DNA of 64,000 bases. Source: Takakia lepidozioides. Its lineage: Eukaryota > Plantae > Bryophyta. The notes beneath the pieces were generated by a model, which was not told the origin of the DNA, did not search any database, and saw only the letters and a program-made list of their open reading frames with translations. Shown piece by piece: positions 1 to 12,190 of the stretch (positions within the stretch are counted from its first letter, which is position 1; every line of letters starts with the position of its first letter). The translations under genes and the position numbers were made by a program. The DNA is taken from assembly GCA_030704615.1 (NCBI GenBank), contig CM060732.1:8742001-8806000 (forward strand). Reading direction: 5' to 3'.

Positions 1-92
1 AAGGAGGAAGGAAGGTGCATCTCCAACATACACATGACCACCGCCGCCTCCTTCTTCATGCGTGGAAAGTCCGCTTCCTCCAGCTCTTTGGA
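1..92 (-). pseudogene. Fragment of a CACTA transposase (DUF4218 region), target of the CACTA insertion at 93
   Basis: Near-identical to 2400-2491 (encodes SKELEEADFPRMKKEAA..MCMLEMHLP on the minus strand); similarity stops exactly where CACTA begins at 93. Confidence 0.8.
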
Positions 93-870
93 CACTACAA
101 CAAATGGGGTGGGGGGGGGGGGGGGTTTGCGACGCCAGCCGTGCCCCCACACCCCGCGCGGAGCGTGTTTGCGACGCCGGGCCGTCGCAGCCAAACCCCG
201 CGGATCGCCACCTGGCCGTCACACGGGTTGATGAAGGGCAAAAGGCAGCCCTTCCATGCGACGCCCAAGCGTCGCCCCCATCGAAAGGCAGAAGACAGCC
301 TTTTCTGGCGACGGCCGGTCGTCGCACGCCGAAAAAAAAAACCCTGTCTTGCCCCTTTTTTCATCGCAGCCCTTTCTTTTGACGTCACGCCATCGCATGA
401 TGGCATGAAGGGCAAAAGGCCCTTGCGACAGTCGGGCGTCGCAAACTGCCCGGCTGCCCTATTCTTGCACAAAAAAAAAAATGGCAGAGTTTGCGACGGC
501 TGGCCGTCGCCGTTTGCGACCCCTGGCCTAATAAATCCATCCAAAAAAACAGGTCGCAGTTGTCAAGAAAGAAGGCAAATGCAATGAATATGTTAGAGCA
601 ACACATACAGATGTGGTATAAAGAGAATTATCAAAATGAATGTCACAATCTACAAGAAGGTCCACAACAACAAGCTAAACCATAAAGAAAAACAAACACC
701 CACCCCAGTACCATATGGAAAAAAAAAAAAAACTAAGAACTCCCAAAGGCCCTAAACCTAAACCTAGAAAACCCAGCCGTCGCTGCCTGCGACTCCCACG
801 CGTCGCCACCTGCGACGCGTTTTTTAGGATTTATGAGGCTGGGGGTCGCAAACGTCGACGGCAAGACTAC
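93..870. mobile_element. CACTA/En-Spm terminus: TIR plus subterminal repeat array
   Basis: CACTACAACAAAT at 93, followed by many (TTT)GCGACG / CGTCGC(AAA) motifs in both orientations. The preceding GGA (90-92) is the candidate 3-bp TSD. The partner TIR was not found in the window. Confidence 0.85.
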
Positions 871-991
871 CAGCCACAACCATATTTGATCAATCATAGA
901 AATAAAGTACAATATGCATGTACATGTACAATCAATCGAAGGGATGGGTCCAGTTCGGTACGAGAATTGTTATGAAGCTTTGATTTTATGT

Positions 992-2692
992 CTAATCAAC
1001 TTGAACATGATCATCCGGAGCTTCTTCATCCTCATCAAGCTGCAAGTCTTCTTGGTCATTGGAGTCATCGTCATAAATGGCCCGGCCCTCAAAAGGCACC
1101 TCCGAATCATCCTCCACCTCGTTGTCAATGGCCGTGTCTTTGTTTCGTTCTCCAACATCCGTATCTTCTAGAGCTTCATCATATAGGGTCCAGGATGCAT
1201 TGTCCGGGGTGTCATCATCCTCTTTTACCCCCTCTATCCAACCTCCATCATCAGCATCATTATGACCAGTCTCTCCGTCCACCGCAATTGCCTCACCCCA
1301 TGGAGATCCGAGACCATAATAGATACGTCTTCCTCTTGGCTGAGCATACACAACCACCTTCCAATTCCCCCCTCTTGTTTTGTCATCGGAGAAGAAATCT
1401 TGCTCCATGTCTGAAGGCCGTGAAAAAGGCTCATCGGAGGGACGATGAATAGGGTTGAGCCTATCTGCATTGACGCGCATGAAACCCCAATCATCTTGCA
1501 CTAGTGTTGCGGAGGGCCCCACAAGATGTGGCTGGAACCACCTTCTCTTGAAGAGAAGAGGCCGGTACCTTGTATACTGAAGTTGGAGTATGCTCTCAAG
1601 CTCTCCAATGTACTCAAGTTTGCTCATAGCAGGTCGTGTATCTCCCTTGCCCCACACAGAGTCTTGCCAATATGTGGCACACAAGCCAGAATCAAAGGTT
1701 GTTTTGCGCTTCATGTCAAGAGCACAAATACGAAAATGACGACCGTGAACCCAAACCGCCGTGTATGAGGTCGCGAATTGAGAGGGGCCCCTTGCAATGT
1801 CTTATACCAAATCTGAAACCACCTCTCCTTGAGCAACGGCGTCATAAACTGAAGTCCAAAGCCATTGTTGGAATGAACTTAGAGGCTGCAATTCCATGGG
1901 CAAATTTTGTGAAGGAACATTCTGGCGGCCCGCTCCTCGTCGTGGGCGTCTAGTAACCGGCCTTGGATGGTTCCGCCTCCATGCAATCGTCTCCTCCTCT
2001 CGTTGTTGAACAAGATTATTGTATCTTGCCTCCCACTCATGTATGGATGGGGTGTTCCTCAGTATGAAGTCATGCGCTTGCTCAATCACCAAGGTCGGCA
2101 ATTTTACCCTCTTCGATTTTTTAAGCAAAACGATGTCATTGGTTCGTGCATCCTCCTCTTCCTTCCACATCCGAGGGGCTTCCTCATCCACCCTTGCCAT
2201 GTACTCCGTGCAATAGAACATAGCTTCTTGCAACGTATACCCCTCCGCCATGCTACCCTTCAGGTGCGCCATTTGTCTTAAAAATCCTTTCAAAGTTTTC
2301 ATATAACGCTCAAGGAAGTACATCCACTGAGAATGAACAGGGCCGGCAATCGAAGCCTCTTCCACTAAGTGCACTACCAAGTGCACTTGGATGTCAAAGA
2401 AGGAGGGAGGAAGGTGCATCTCCAACATACACATTACCTCCGCCGCCTCCTTCTTCATGCGTGGAAAATCTGCTTCTTCCAACTCTTTGGAGCAAATCCA
2501 CCGGAACAAGCTTCCCAATCTATAGATTGTCTCACGAACCTCGGGAGTCAATGTCCCACGTACTGCAATGGGCAAGATGTCTTGCAATAGATTGTGGTAG
2601 TTATGAGACTTCAAACCATGGACCCCGTCTTCTTCGCTGAACTTCGTACGGAGGGAGGACCCATAACCAGTTGGTGTTCGGACACCAACAAC
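992..2692 (-). pseudogene. CACTA Tnp2-family transposase, C-terminal part (DUF4218 + DUF4216)
   Basis: PTGYGSS...HGLKSHNYHNLLQ, HLVVHLVEEA..GPVHSQWMYFLERYMKTLK, GSMAEGY in ORF 1802-2614; YIGELESILQLQY..LFKRRWF, DEPF..Q.FF..D...WKVV in ORF 992-1714. Confidence 0.9.
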
Positions 2693-3412
2693 AACACGCT
2701 AGTTCCGGATATTATCCCATCCACGAACAATAATTGACTCCCTTTACGCAGGGCGCCAGTTTCCTGATACAACTCACAAGAATAGTTGCCTACCTTGCAA
2801 GTCCTGGCGACCACCGCTTCCACCAAGCGACTGATGGTATCTTCCGACAGCTCCGTGGTTGCCCGAGTCATGTTCAATTGTCGAGGTTTTGTGCACTTCT
2901 TGGCCATGTGCCCGGGCTCCCCGCAATTGAAACACACTCCATCAAAGGTCGCCTTCTGTCCGCCATAAGCCGCTCCACCCGCTTTTCCTTTCAAAGCACC
3001 GGGTGCCGCCTTGACGTGTGAAGGCCCTCCCTTCGATTTCCACGTGCCATTGTCGCCGCGTGGCCTATCCCACTTCTTTTCCGGTCGGGAGGAGTCACCT
3101 TCCCGCCGGGTCTTCTTGTGGTTCAGCTACGTACGGCCTTGTCTCTCACCCCTAGGGACATCCGAGAAACATTCAGCCCTCTCAATTGCCTCGTTCAAAG
3201 TCTTGGGTGGCTTCTCCTCCAACTTCCGCCTGGCCCATGGGGCCAGTCCCGCCACAAAGTTGAAGACCATTTCTGGTTCTGCCATGTCCGCGACTTTGAG
3301 CAACAGCACATTGAAAGCCTGGACATACCCCCGAATGTCATCTGTTTGCTTCAAATTCCTCATCTTGTCCCGGGCAAGCCAGGACGCGTTGAGGGGCACA
3401 AACTTCGTACAA
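2692..3412 (-). mobile_element. Ty3/Gypsy gag fragment (capsid, CCHC knuckle, start of protease)
   Basis: LKQTDDIRGYVQAF...FNFVAGLAPWARRKLEEKPPKTLNEAIERAE; CFNCGEPGHMAKKC; LFVDGIISGTSVLLL truncated before the catalytic Asp motif. Confidence 0.8.
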
Positions 3413-3497
3413 GGGAGTTATCGCCTCCCTTTCGATGTCATTTGAGGGGGCCATTTCAGGATCATCGATTGGCCGGGTCCCCTCTTCATGGGATGCA

Positions 3498-4604
3498 TTA
3501 GCGCCCACATGATGCATTAAGAGATCCTTCATGGTTTGCACATCCGCCTGGTTCATGCTCATTGTTGTTGTCATTGTCATTGTCACTGTCACTGTCATCG
3601 TCATCATCGTCCGGTACCGTGGGGGCGGCGTCTCGCTCACGGCTCCCGCCTGATGTACTTGGGTTGTTTTTGGATGGGGTGCCAAGAGAAAAGACCGGGA
3701 AGGGATGGAGTCCTGATACGAACAAATGAACATAGAGACATATATTATAATGTGTCATTGCAACCATACACTTCATTATAAGCGAAATGCAAACAACAAC
3801 CTTCAATGTGTGTGTGCATCAAATATGTCATTCAATAATTACATGTATGTGCGCAACGTACACGCATGCAAAGTTTCAAACCCAAACAAAATCATTTGCC
3901 CCCCCAATGACGCATTCACCCTATCAACTAATTGTGAAAGAAAATCCTCTCATGCCATTCCACAAATTTTTTTTTACATCAATCGATTAATCGGATGTAT
4001 ACAAAGTACATCATGAGAATATCTACAATGCCTCTCTACGCGATCCCTGTCTCAAATGAACCCTATTTCTATCATACACATCTCACTCACGCTGTAATCG
4101 GAGGTCCCAATCATCCCGGGAGAACTCGTATGATACAAATAGTTCGCTGCCAGCCATATTAGTCCTACTAGCACATGTCATCACAAACATGTGCATCCCC
4201 TCATAGTATACTGACATATGACCACAAAAGCTCTCATGCCCATCGCTTCGCTCGTCCCATACTACATTGGTTCTCCTAGGATGACCAAAAGAACTATTGA
4301 CCAGCCCAACAACATTGCCGAAGATGTCGGGGTCACCATCATAAAATCTGATCTCAATGGGAGACAGCCCCCGTCTACGTACATCCTGTCCGTTGACACA
4401 CAAAATGTAGGGTAGGATGTATGGGGCTTCGAGGCGTAATGTACGGAACTCCGCGGAGGTGTAGTATGGACCGTAGTAGGGAAACAAGTCCACCATGCTG
4501 TTTCTCCAAGGAGGAACCACAATATCATAGACTGTGAATAAACCCCGACCCATAGCAGGGTCTGTAACGACCTTCCATTCCACACAAGAGTGCGTCCACG
4601 ACAA
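3498..4604 (-). CDS. SET-domain protein with an acidic tail (predicted exons ~4604-4091 and 3712-3498); 5' end uncertain
   Basis: SET motifs GRGLF, YYGPYY, GNVVGLVNSS (NHS-like) and GSELFVSY. Phase-matched splice sites C|GTGAGT (4090) and TATCAG|GA (3713) join it to a D/N-rich exon. Confidence 0.65.
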
Positions 4605-5810
4605 TAGGCCTTGCTTTTTCCACGGTTATAGGCTCCGCTTCCCTTATATGCTCACGCTTAAGAAATTTGCTCACGCTTAGTGCGCTAAGCATGAGCGTGC
4701 TCACGTGAGCACGTTCACGCGCTAGCTTCTCACACACAATGGGATACACACGGAAGTATAAGTGCTGATTCAAACAAAATCAAGAAGATGCCGACGAATG
4801 GCGAAATATGTCATAAAGAGTCGTGAGACTAACTGCGGCTGTTGTCTTGGAGTGGAGATTTTGCGAGCAAGAAGAACGGTCGAGAGGAGCCGGTTGTCCT
4901 ACGGGCCTTTTGAGCGGAGATCGAAGGCAGAGACGATACGCCACTGCATAGGGAGGAGGCCTATGCTAATGAAAGAGCAGTGGAGGAAATACCCCGACCT
5001 CTTCACGGACGAAGAGGTGAGTGAAATTCTGCTAATCGCAGAACACCAGGAATATTTGGAAGAACACATACATTGTGGTTTGATTATATATAATCATAAC
5101 AAACTTTGAAAATAAAGTCTAATCGCAGTCTATATATGACTATTAGTCATATATATCGTACAACATGGCATCACAGTCATAAAAAGGTTGTAGTATTTGA
5201 TTCTAAGCTTAAAACTTATAGAAAAACTTACAGGAAAAACTTATGAAAATAAGCTCTTAAGATGGCATGCATTCCATAGTGTAGGTGTCTTGCACACTTA
5301 TGTCCATAAATCAGGCTTCTCTATACATTGGAAATGATCAAACCGCTTCAAGGATCACATGCGAGTTGGCTTTTTCTTATTTTCTTATTTTTCTTTAAAT
5401 ATTAAAAAAAAACACTATGGGAGGACATGTAAAATGGCATGAAGAAAATAATGCGAAGCCGTGAGGGTTTACGGCAAGGAAACAACCCTACGCATTGGCG
5501 AGCAGAAGAATATTCAAAAAGTTAAAACTCAATTAACTCAATTAACTCAATTATGACTACCCTATTTCATTATGTTGCCTTTCGACTTTCAATAGAGGGA
5601 CGTCGTTCGTTCGGATGATTAACCATTCAATCCTTTCATTCACATTCACCATTGAACCCTAGTAATTTTTGTGACTATGAACAGTATTCCATGCTCGTGA
5701 ACGGAAGTCGTTTAAATAGCTACGAGTGATCAGCTAGAAGGGTCAACGTCCGTTGACCAACCTTTCACTCTGTCCGGTGCCATATAGTCATAAAAATGAC
5801 TCTCTGAGAG

Positions 5811-7240
5811 TTGCCTGACAGTCATTTGTATGACTACAGTCATATGAATGACTTCGGGTGGTCTATTTTGTCTAGATTCATGATGCAGTCATGGTTCCTG
5901 CAAGATAGCAAACCAGGACAAAGGATTGACCTCAACAACGATGAGCAGAATGATGATGACGTCATACCCGATAGGAGCCTGCTAGGAAACAAGGAGGATT
6001 CGGACACGTTGGCTGATGAGGAGGAGAAGAAGGGCTCCCCTCATTCGCAAGGGCGGGCCAAGTTCCTACAAAAGAACAACAAGAGAGAAAATATGTTAAC
6101 AAGGGCGGAGGAAGATGATGCCCAGAACATAAACCGAGCCCTTGAAGCTCGAACGAAACAAAAACATGAAATCACAACCATACCCTCCACAGGTGTCCCA
6201 GCAACGGAAACAATGGCGCAGATCTTTGAGAAGCAGGTCCTAGCGCTGAAGGCATATCGTAAGCAGCTGGAGGAATCGGAGACGACCAAAAAGGACTTGG
6301 AAGATTATGGCAGGACTACGAACGACTAAGGGAGACAAAACACGAGCTTGGAACGAAGTTAGCACTCCCAGGCGCAGAAGAGCACCAGCACCCAGTAAGA
6401 ACTAGAGAAGGCACAGCTGGACTTAGCCGAATCAAGGATGGCAGCTACGAAGACAATTGAGAAATACGAGGGGACAGTCCAAGACCAAAGGCAGGAAATA
6501 GAAGCGTTACGGACCCAACTACAGGAAAACAAAGCATGGAAGATAGCTCGCCGTAAAGCCGTCTACTACAAAGAGCACTACCAGAGAGAGAGAGAGTACA
6601 ATGGCAGGACTAGTGCAACGCTAAAGCAGAGCAGACGTATAAAGCTCTGCGGTGGTCCAACAACGTGGTGGCCATTTTGCAAAGGGATATGGCACACTGG
6701 AGGACCCGCGGACTGTGGGCAAACAAGCTTTGGGAGGAGCTGGCCATCCGAACGGCCGGAGACATCACTAGGGAGGCCGGTACGAACAAAGAAGCACCAA
6801 CGGGAAGGTTGGAACAAGAGCGACAACTGAAAGAATGGGCTAGAACGTACTTAGAACCGATCGCCTCCGAAGCACATGCATACAAAATTACTCTGGAAGG
6901 GCTCTACGAAGAGCTCGGGATAAGTATGGAGGACGTTTTCTTACCAACGGATGAGGAGCTGGCCAGTCGACGGTTGGGGATCGCTCGTGACCAAGAAGAA
7001 AAAGGCAAGGAGCTAACCAGTGACGTGGATGAGTTTACGAAAAAGTGGAAACCGCTTTCTGAGGCAGGTGAAACAGTGGGGGGGGGACCCAACAGTCATG
7101 GTCCCTCGACACCCCACGTGTGTAACAGACAAAGGGGAGGAATCGGTCCCCGTCCCAAGGGAGCAGATGACGATGGACATCAAATCCAGGGGACTCTTAG
7201 TCCCGGACCTACGAGAGAGAGCGCAAGCGGACCTACTAGT
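5811..7240 (+). other. Degenerate charged/coiled-coil ORF remnants of unknown, probably TE, origin
   Basis: Successive E/K/R-rich ORFs 5811-6329, 6438-6830 and 6665-7288 broken by stops and frameshifts; no recognisable motif. Confidence 0.35.
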
Positions 7241-8255
7241 AGGGAGTACGACACCCTTTGGGTCCACACCATTTTGTTCGGCATATAGATGGCGCATGCG
7301 TCCCTGCTCCTCGAGCTCCTTTCTAACACCGAGAGAATCTCCTTTTGCAGCCATTCCCTTCTTTGCCGGCGTGCCATGAAGAATCCAAAAAAGGGACGAG
7401 CAGACATTCTTCTCAATATGCTTGGGATCTAGAAGATGACGAATCTTCAGGACCTACATATATCCCCACCCACAAAGACTTACACAATTTTTTTTACGTG
7501 AAAGTGACAATGCAACGCATACCAAATGTGCAATATCACATGCATGTATAGGGATATTGATGGTGTTTTTGTGGAATATGTACCGCCCAATATAGCAACT
7601 CGTAGAAAATTGAAAGTCGTTTCATGCCGGGCACGTCCACTTCACAGTCCGTGCCCGCATGGGCCTCCTTCCATCGGTCCTCCCAAAACTGCCCGGACGG
7701 TGTCATAGTGGGGGGACGTACTTCCTCTTTACCATCAAACAAGTGTTTCTCTCTTCTTCTCCATCGATGGCTCATAGGAAGAAATTTGCGGTAGTTGGGA
7801 TACACCATCTTGTGAAGATGGCGGGAGCTATGTGCATCAAGATCATCGCCACAATGCAAGCATGCATGGTACCCTTTGGTGCCTAGCCCCAAGCAAACAG
7901 TTAGTCTTGTACTACACATCCCGTCACATTAGCAAAAACAAAAAGTTGTCATGTGCATGGCCCATAATGCCATCTACCCCACTACGGTGCACAAGACGGT
8001 CGCCGCTACTTCAATCAATCCCAATCCTCATCGATGTTATCCGGCATTAACAAGTGAATGTACGCGGTTGTTCATGGGGAACATAATATACCTGGATAAT
8101 CATGCATTGTCCAAAGCAAGATGCCTCTCATCTGAAAAGACTGTCCGGCCATAGGGTCAAGTGAAGCATCCAATGTCGGGACCCCCCTCCATAGCTCCTT
8201 AAGTTCATCAACAAGAGGTTGCAAGTACGTGTCCATGTTTGCCACTTGTTTTTTC
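7240..8255 (-). pseudogene. CACTA Tnp2-family transposase, N-terminal/central part (spliced)
   Basis: DTYLQPLVDELKELW (~8190-8235); GTKGYHACLHC..YRKFLPMSHRWRR..FDG; KRLSIFYELLYW; after an intron, LKIRHLLDPKHIEKNV..RKELEEQG (7453-7240). Confidence 0.85.
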
Positions 8256-8343
8256 CCTATGAGACATTCACATCATTGTTTCAATGCTCCACCAATATGC
8301 AAATTATACTACAAAATGACTTACACGTCTTACCCCATGATTA

Positions 8344-9960
8344 TGTCACTCATCAATCTTGTGTCGCGCACCTCACTTCGGTAAGCTCCCCTTCAAGTCA
8401 TAGTTACTCGCTTTGATGCGCACGCCTGACTCCCAACCTGGCCGCCCGGGCCAACTTGGAGCTTCGGCTGCTCACCGGGACATAACGGTCCCCCTTTGCT
8501 TCCCACTAAACCCTCCACCTATTTGGGACTAGGAGAATTCCCTTTGGTAGATGGCAGTCCGGAACAGCTCCCCACTCTTTGGTCGCTTTCCGGCTCGCTC
8601 GCTTACTCGCTAGTTTTTGGTCACCAACGGCCTTGCACCGTTCTCGGGGTCACTACTCCCCTTATATATACTTCTGTAGCTGTCCGCGGGGGTTTCACAA
8701 CCAGCCATGCCATTTTATGGCGAACCACCACGAAAACCCTCGACTCCCGGTGATGAGTCGCGGTGAGTCTTGGCCCACTCACCACGGCCCCTATGGACCG
8801 TGATGAGTCCCAAGACTGCCCACGACTCCCACCACGAGGTCTCCGCCCCCATGGTGAGTCCTATGCCACCCCCACTAAGTCCCGCTAAGCTACCACCACC
8901 CCTTGTGGAGCCACCCCCACCGCAACCCGGTGTGCGGGGCTCCACCTGGTGAGCGCCTCCGCTTCCCTGAGTGCCTTGGGCACTCAAGGGTGCTTCAGCC
9001 CCCCATACCTATCGCTGCCATTGCCCCCACCACAGGGGCAGCCCCTCATGTGTCCCGACCCCCCCTGCCCTCAAGGCAAAGGGCCGCGACACACACCCCT
9101 ACCAACAGGGAGTCGATGTCCTCATCGACTTGTCCATTTTGTAGAAACGAACATCCAAGTTGTGGCGTCCCACATCAAGGAGTTTGTTTCCGTACCATGG
9201 CGTCCCATGGCAAAGAACCAAACCCCACACTTGACTCTACTCTCCACTAGCTAGTTCGGCCGACTTCCTCTAAGTCCCGGCCAAGGGTGGAGCCTCTCCA
9301 GCTCCTCCCAGTGCACTCTTCTTGGCCTACTTCAAGGCCAAGGAACGATCCTCCCCGAGGATCGAATCGCCTTACTGCAACAACATTGCTTGCGATTGCT
9401 CATGATGCCGCTTTTGGCATCACCTTGAGCAAGGGTTCACCTGGAACCCTCTTTGACTAGGAAGATAACCTTGAACCAACCGTGCGCCCCAATCACTACA
9501 ATTGGGTCCGTCTTGGAATGCTGGCCTGAGGTACGGGAACACGCCGAAGCCGCACTACGACTTCGTCCCGAGGCTACACGATTATAGTACGTGAACGGAA
9601 GCACGTAGCTTCCGCGTTAGCCCGCACTACAAGGCAACCCCCTCGGTAGCGCAGTTATAGTACGCGCACGCACCAGGTGTGCACTAGCACGTGAACTCCC
9701 AAAGAAGGCGCAAGTTTCCTTGCCCCTTGGATGGGAGTCACCCGATTTCGGCACTGCGCAAACACACGATTAACCCAATTTACCTCTCCCGCTTTTGTAA
9801 GCTAGCATGCTTTCTACACACTAGCCAACCATACCATGCATCGCCATTCCAAACAAAATAGGAAGCACAACATTTTGAAACATTTCATTTAAAGCAAATT
9901 TTGTACAATACAAGTTTTTGCAATTGGATCCTAAGCTAGCTAAGCCGGGCTAAGCATGCA
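8344..9960 (-). mobile_element. Putative 3' LTR of the chromovirus
   Basis: Follows a purine tract GGGGGAGGAAA (9961-9971, minus) downstream of the chromodomain stop; starts TG and ends GTGACA at 8344; TATATATAAGGGG near 8658-8670. No second LTR is present to confirm the boundaries. Confidence 0.4.
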
Positions 9961-9994
9961 TTTCCTCCCCCATGCTCCAAGGTTGATGTCCCCA

Positions 9995-12190
9995 TCAACG
10001 CTTCTTCCGCTTTTGAGGTCGCCCTTCGAAAGCTGCAACCGCCTCGGATGCGTTTCCCATTTCTGAGGCACGCACCCAAGATGCCTCCACATGATGATAG
10101 CCCTTCCATTTGGCGAGATACTCCGTTTCTCGGTTCCTGAACCTCCTCGACTTAAGTATTGCCTCCACCTCGTACTCAGGTTCATTTTCATGATCCAACA
10201 GCATAGGTGGTACGCGCTTCATCTTTGAAGTAAGGCTTCAAAAGGGATACATGGAATACTGGGTGCACCTTACTGTTTGCCGGCAGCTCCAATTCATACA
10301 CATCCTCATTCATAACCTTCCGAATGCGAAAGGGTCCCGCATACGGAGGTACGAACTTCGGACTCACTTCCGGAGGTAGTTGGAAATTCTTGATGTTCAA
10401 CCAGACCTCTGTACCTGCCTCAAACTTCACTTCCCTCCACTTCCGATTCGCCTGCCTTTCATACCGTTTCCTAGCTTTGGCAATGTTGTACTTTGCGAGC
10501 TTCAACAAACGCTCGCGTTCTTCCAATACCGCCGCTACTGCCGGTTCCTCAACATCCTGGGCGGCCCAACTTGTCGGCACTAGAGGTGCTTTTCCATAGA
10601 CCAATACGAAAGGGGAAACTCCCGTTGCGGAGTGTTCTGTGTTATTATAACAGAACTCTGCCGCGTCTAAGTGTTCCATCCAGTCTGATTGGTCTGCCGA
10701 CACGTAATTCCGCAAGAATTGCTTCACTACGGAATTCACTCTTTCCGTTTGGCCGTCCGTCGTAGGCGGAAGGCGGTGCTCATCTTCAGCCTCGTCCCCA
10801 TCTTCTTCCAAAGTGCCCTCCAAAATTTACTCGTAAACTTTGGATCGCGGTCCGAGACAATATCCTTCGGGACTCCATGATGCTTTAAGACGTGGGCGAA
10901 ATAAAGTCGCCCTGTCTCCTGCGCCGTTGCCGTCTCCTTGGTGGGGATGAAATGGCCCATTTTACTGAACCTATCCACCACCACCATGATTGCATTGAAT
11001 CCTTTTGACAGCGGCATAACAGTCATGAAATCCATCGAGACGCTTTCCCAAGTCCCCTCTGGAATCGGCAAGGGTTGTAACAGCCCCGCTTGCTTTTTGT
11101 ACTCGCTCCGGTTTTGTTGGCATGTGGTACATGTCTTGACATACTCCTCTGCCTCCTCCCTCAGTTTGGGCCAAAAATACTCTTTCTTCAAGAGTGCCGC
11201 AGTGCGCTTGGCTCCGCCGTGGCCCGCAAGCGGGCTATCATGGCATTCTCTCAAGAGGCTATCTCTGATCCCTCCCTTTGGCACGTAGAGACGTTTTTGT
11301 TTATACCGGAGCAGTCCATTTTGCAAGTGGAATTGCGATTTAACCCCCATCCTCAAGTCCTGCATCACGGACTTCGCCAACTCATCCTTCCGGCAAGCCT
11401 TCCGGATCTTCCTTTGGAGTGTCGTCTCGCCCCTGTACACCAACAGGAGCTGCTGCTTTCTACTTAAAGCATCGGCCACCACATTGTCCCGTCCCGGTTT
11501 GTACTGGATATCCACGTCTTTGTTTTCGAGTACACCAAGATGTCGTCGATGTACACGATCACAAAGTCATCCAACCACTCCTGAAAAAGGCTGTTCATCA
11601 GCGTGCTAAATGTCGTTGGTGCATTGGTGAGCCCAAAAGGCATCACCAAGAACTCATATGAACCATACCTTGTCCTGCACGCGGTCTTCTCCTCATCTCC
11701 TTCCGCCACCCAAATTTGATGATAGCCGGAGCGCAAGTCGATCCGGCTGAAATACTTCGCTCCTGCCAACCGATCGAAGAGGTCGTCAATCCTTGGCAAA
11801 GGGTATCGGTTTTTGATAGTCACCTTATTCAAAGCCCTGTAATCGACACACATCCGTAGCGTCCCATCCTTCTTGTCTGCGAATAGCACCGGGGCTCTGT
11901 AAGGTGACTTACTCGGCCGGATGTACCCCTTTGACATTAGATCCTTGAGCTGAGTCTTCAGCTCGACCAACTCCCTGTGGCTCAACCGGTAGGGTGCCTT
12001 GGCAGGCGGTTCCGTTCCCGGTATCACCTCAATCTTGTGGTCAACTCCTCTTCGCGGTGGCAAGCCGCTTGGTAAATCCTCCGGCATCACATCCTGGTAT
12101 TTCTCCAAAATCCCCTTGATCCAATCTAGGCTCGGCTCCCCATCGCCTTCTCCTTTCACTTCTCTAATGTAAAGCAAAAATTGGGGCTCG
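9995..12190 (-). mobile_element. Ty3/Gypsy chromovirus pol remnant (RT N-half, integrase, chromodomain)
   Basis: [33 protein letters not shown]; HHCC and VSMDF..VVVDRFSK..IVSDRD..TDGQTE integrase; GPY/F module (YAGPF..VHPVFHVS); chromodomain EYEVEAIL..YLAKWKGY..ASW. RT C-terminus and most of RNase H are deleted near 11517; frameshifts present. Confidence 0.95.

Noticed and set aside
15-975. ORFs over the CACTA subterminal region
   Set aside because: GC-rich repeat-derived open frames with no protein motifs.
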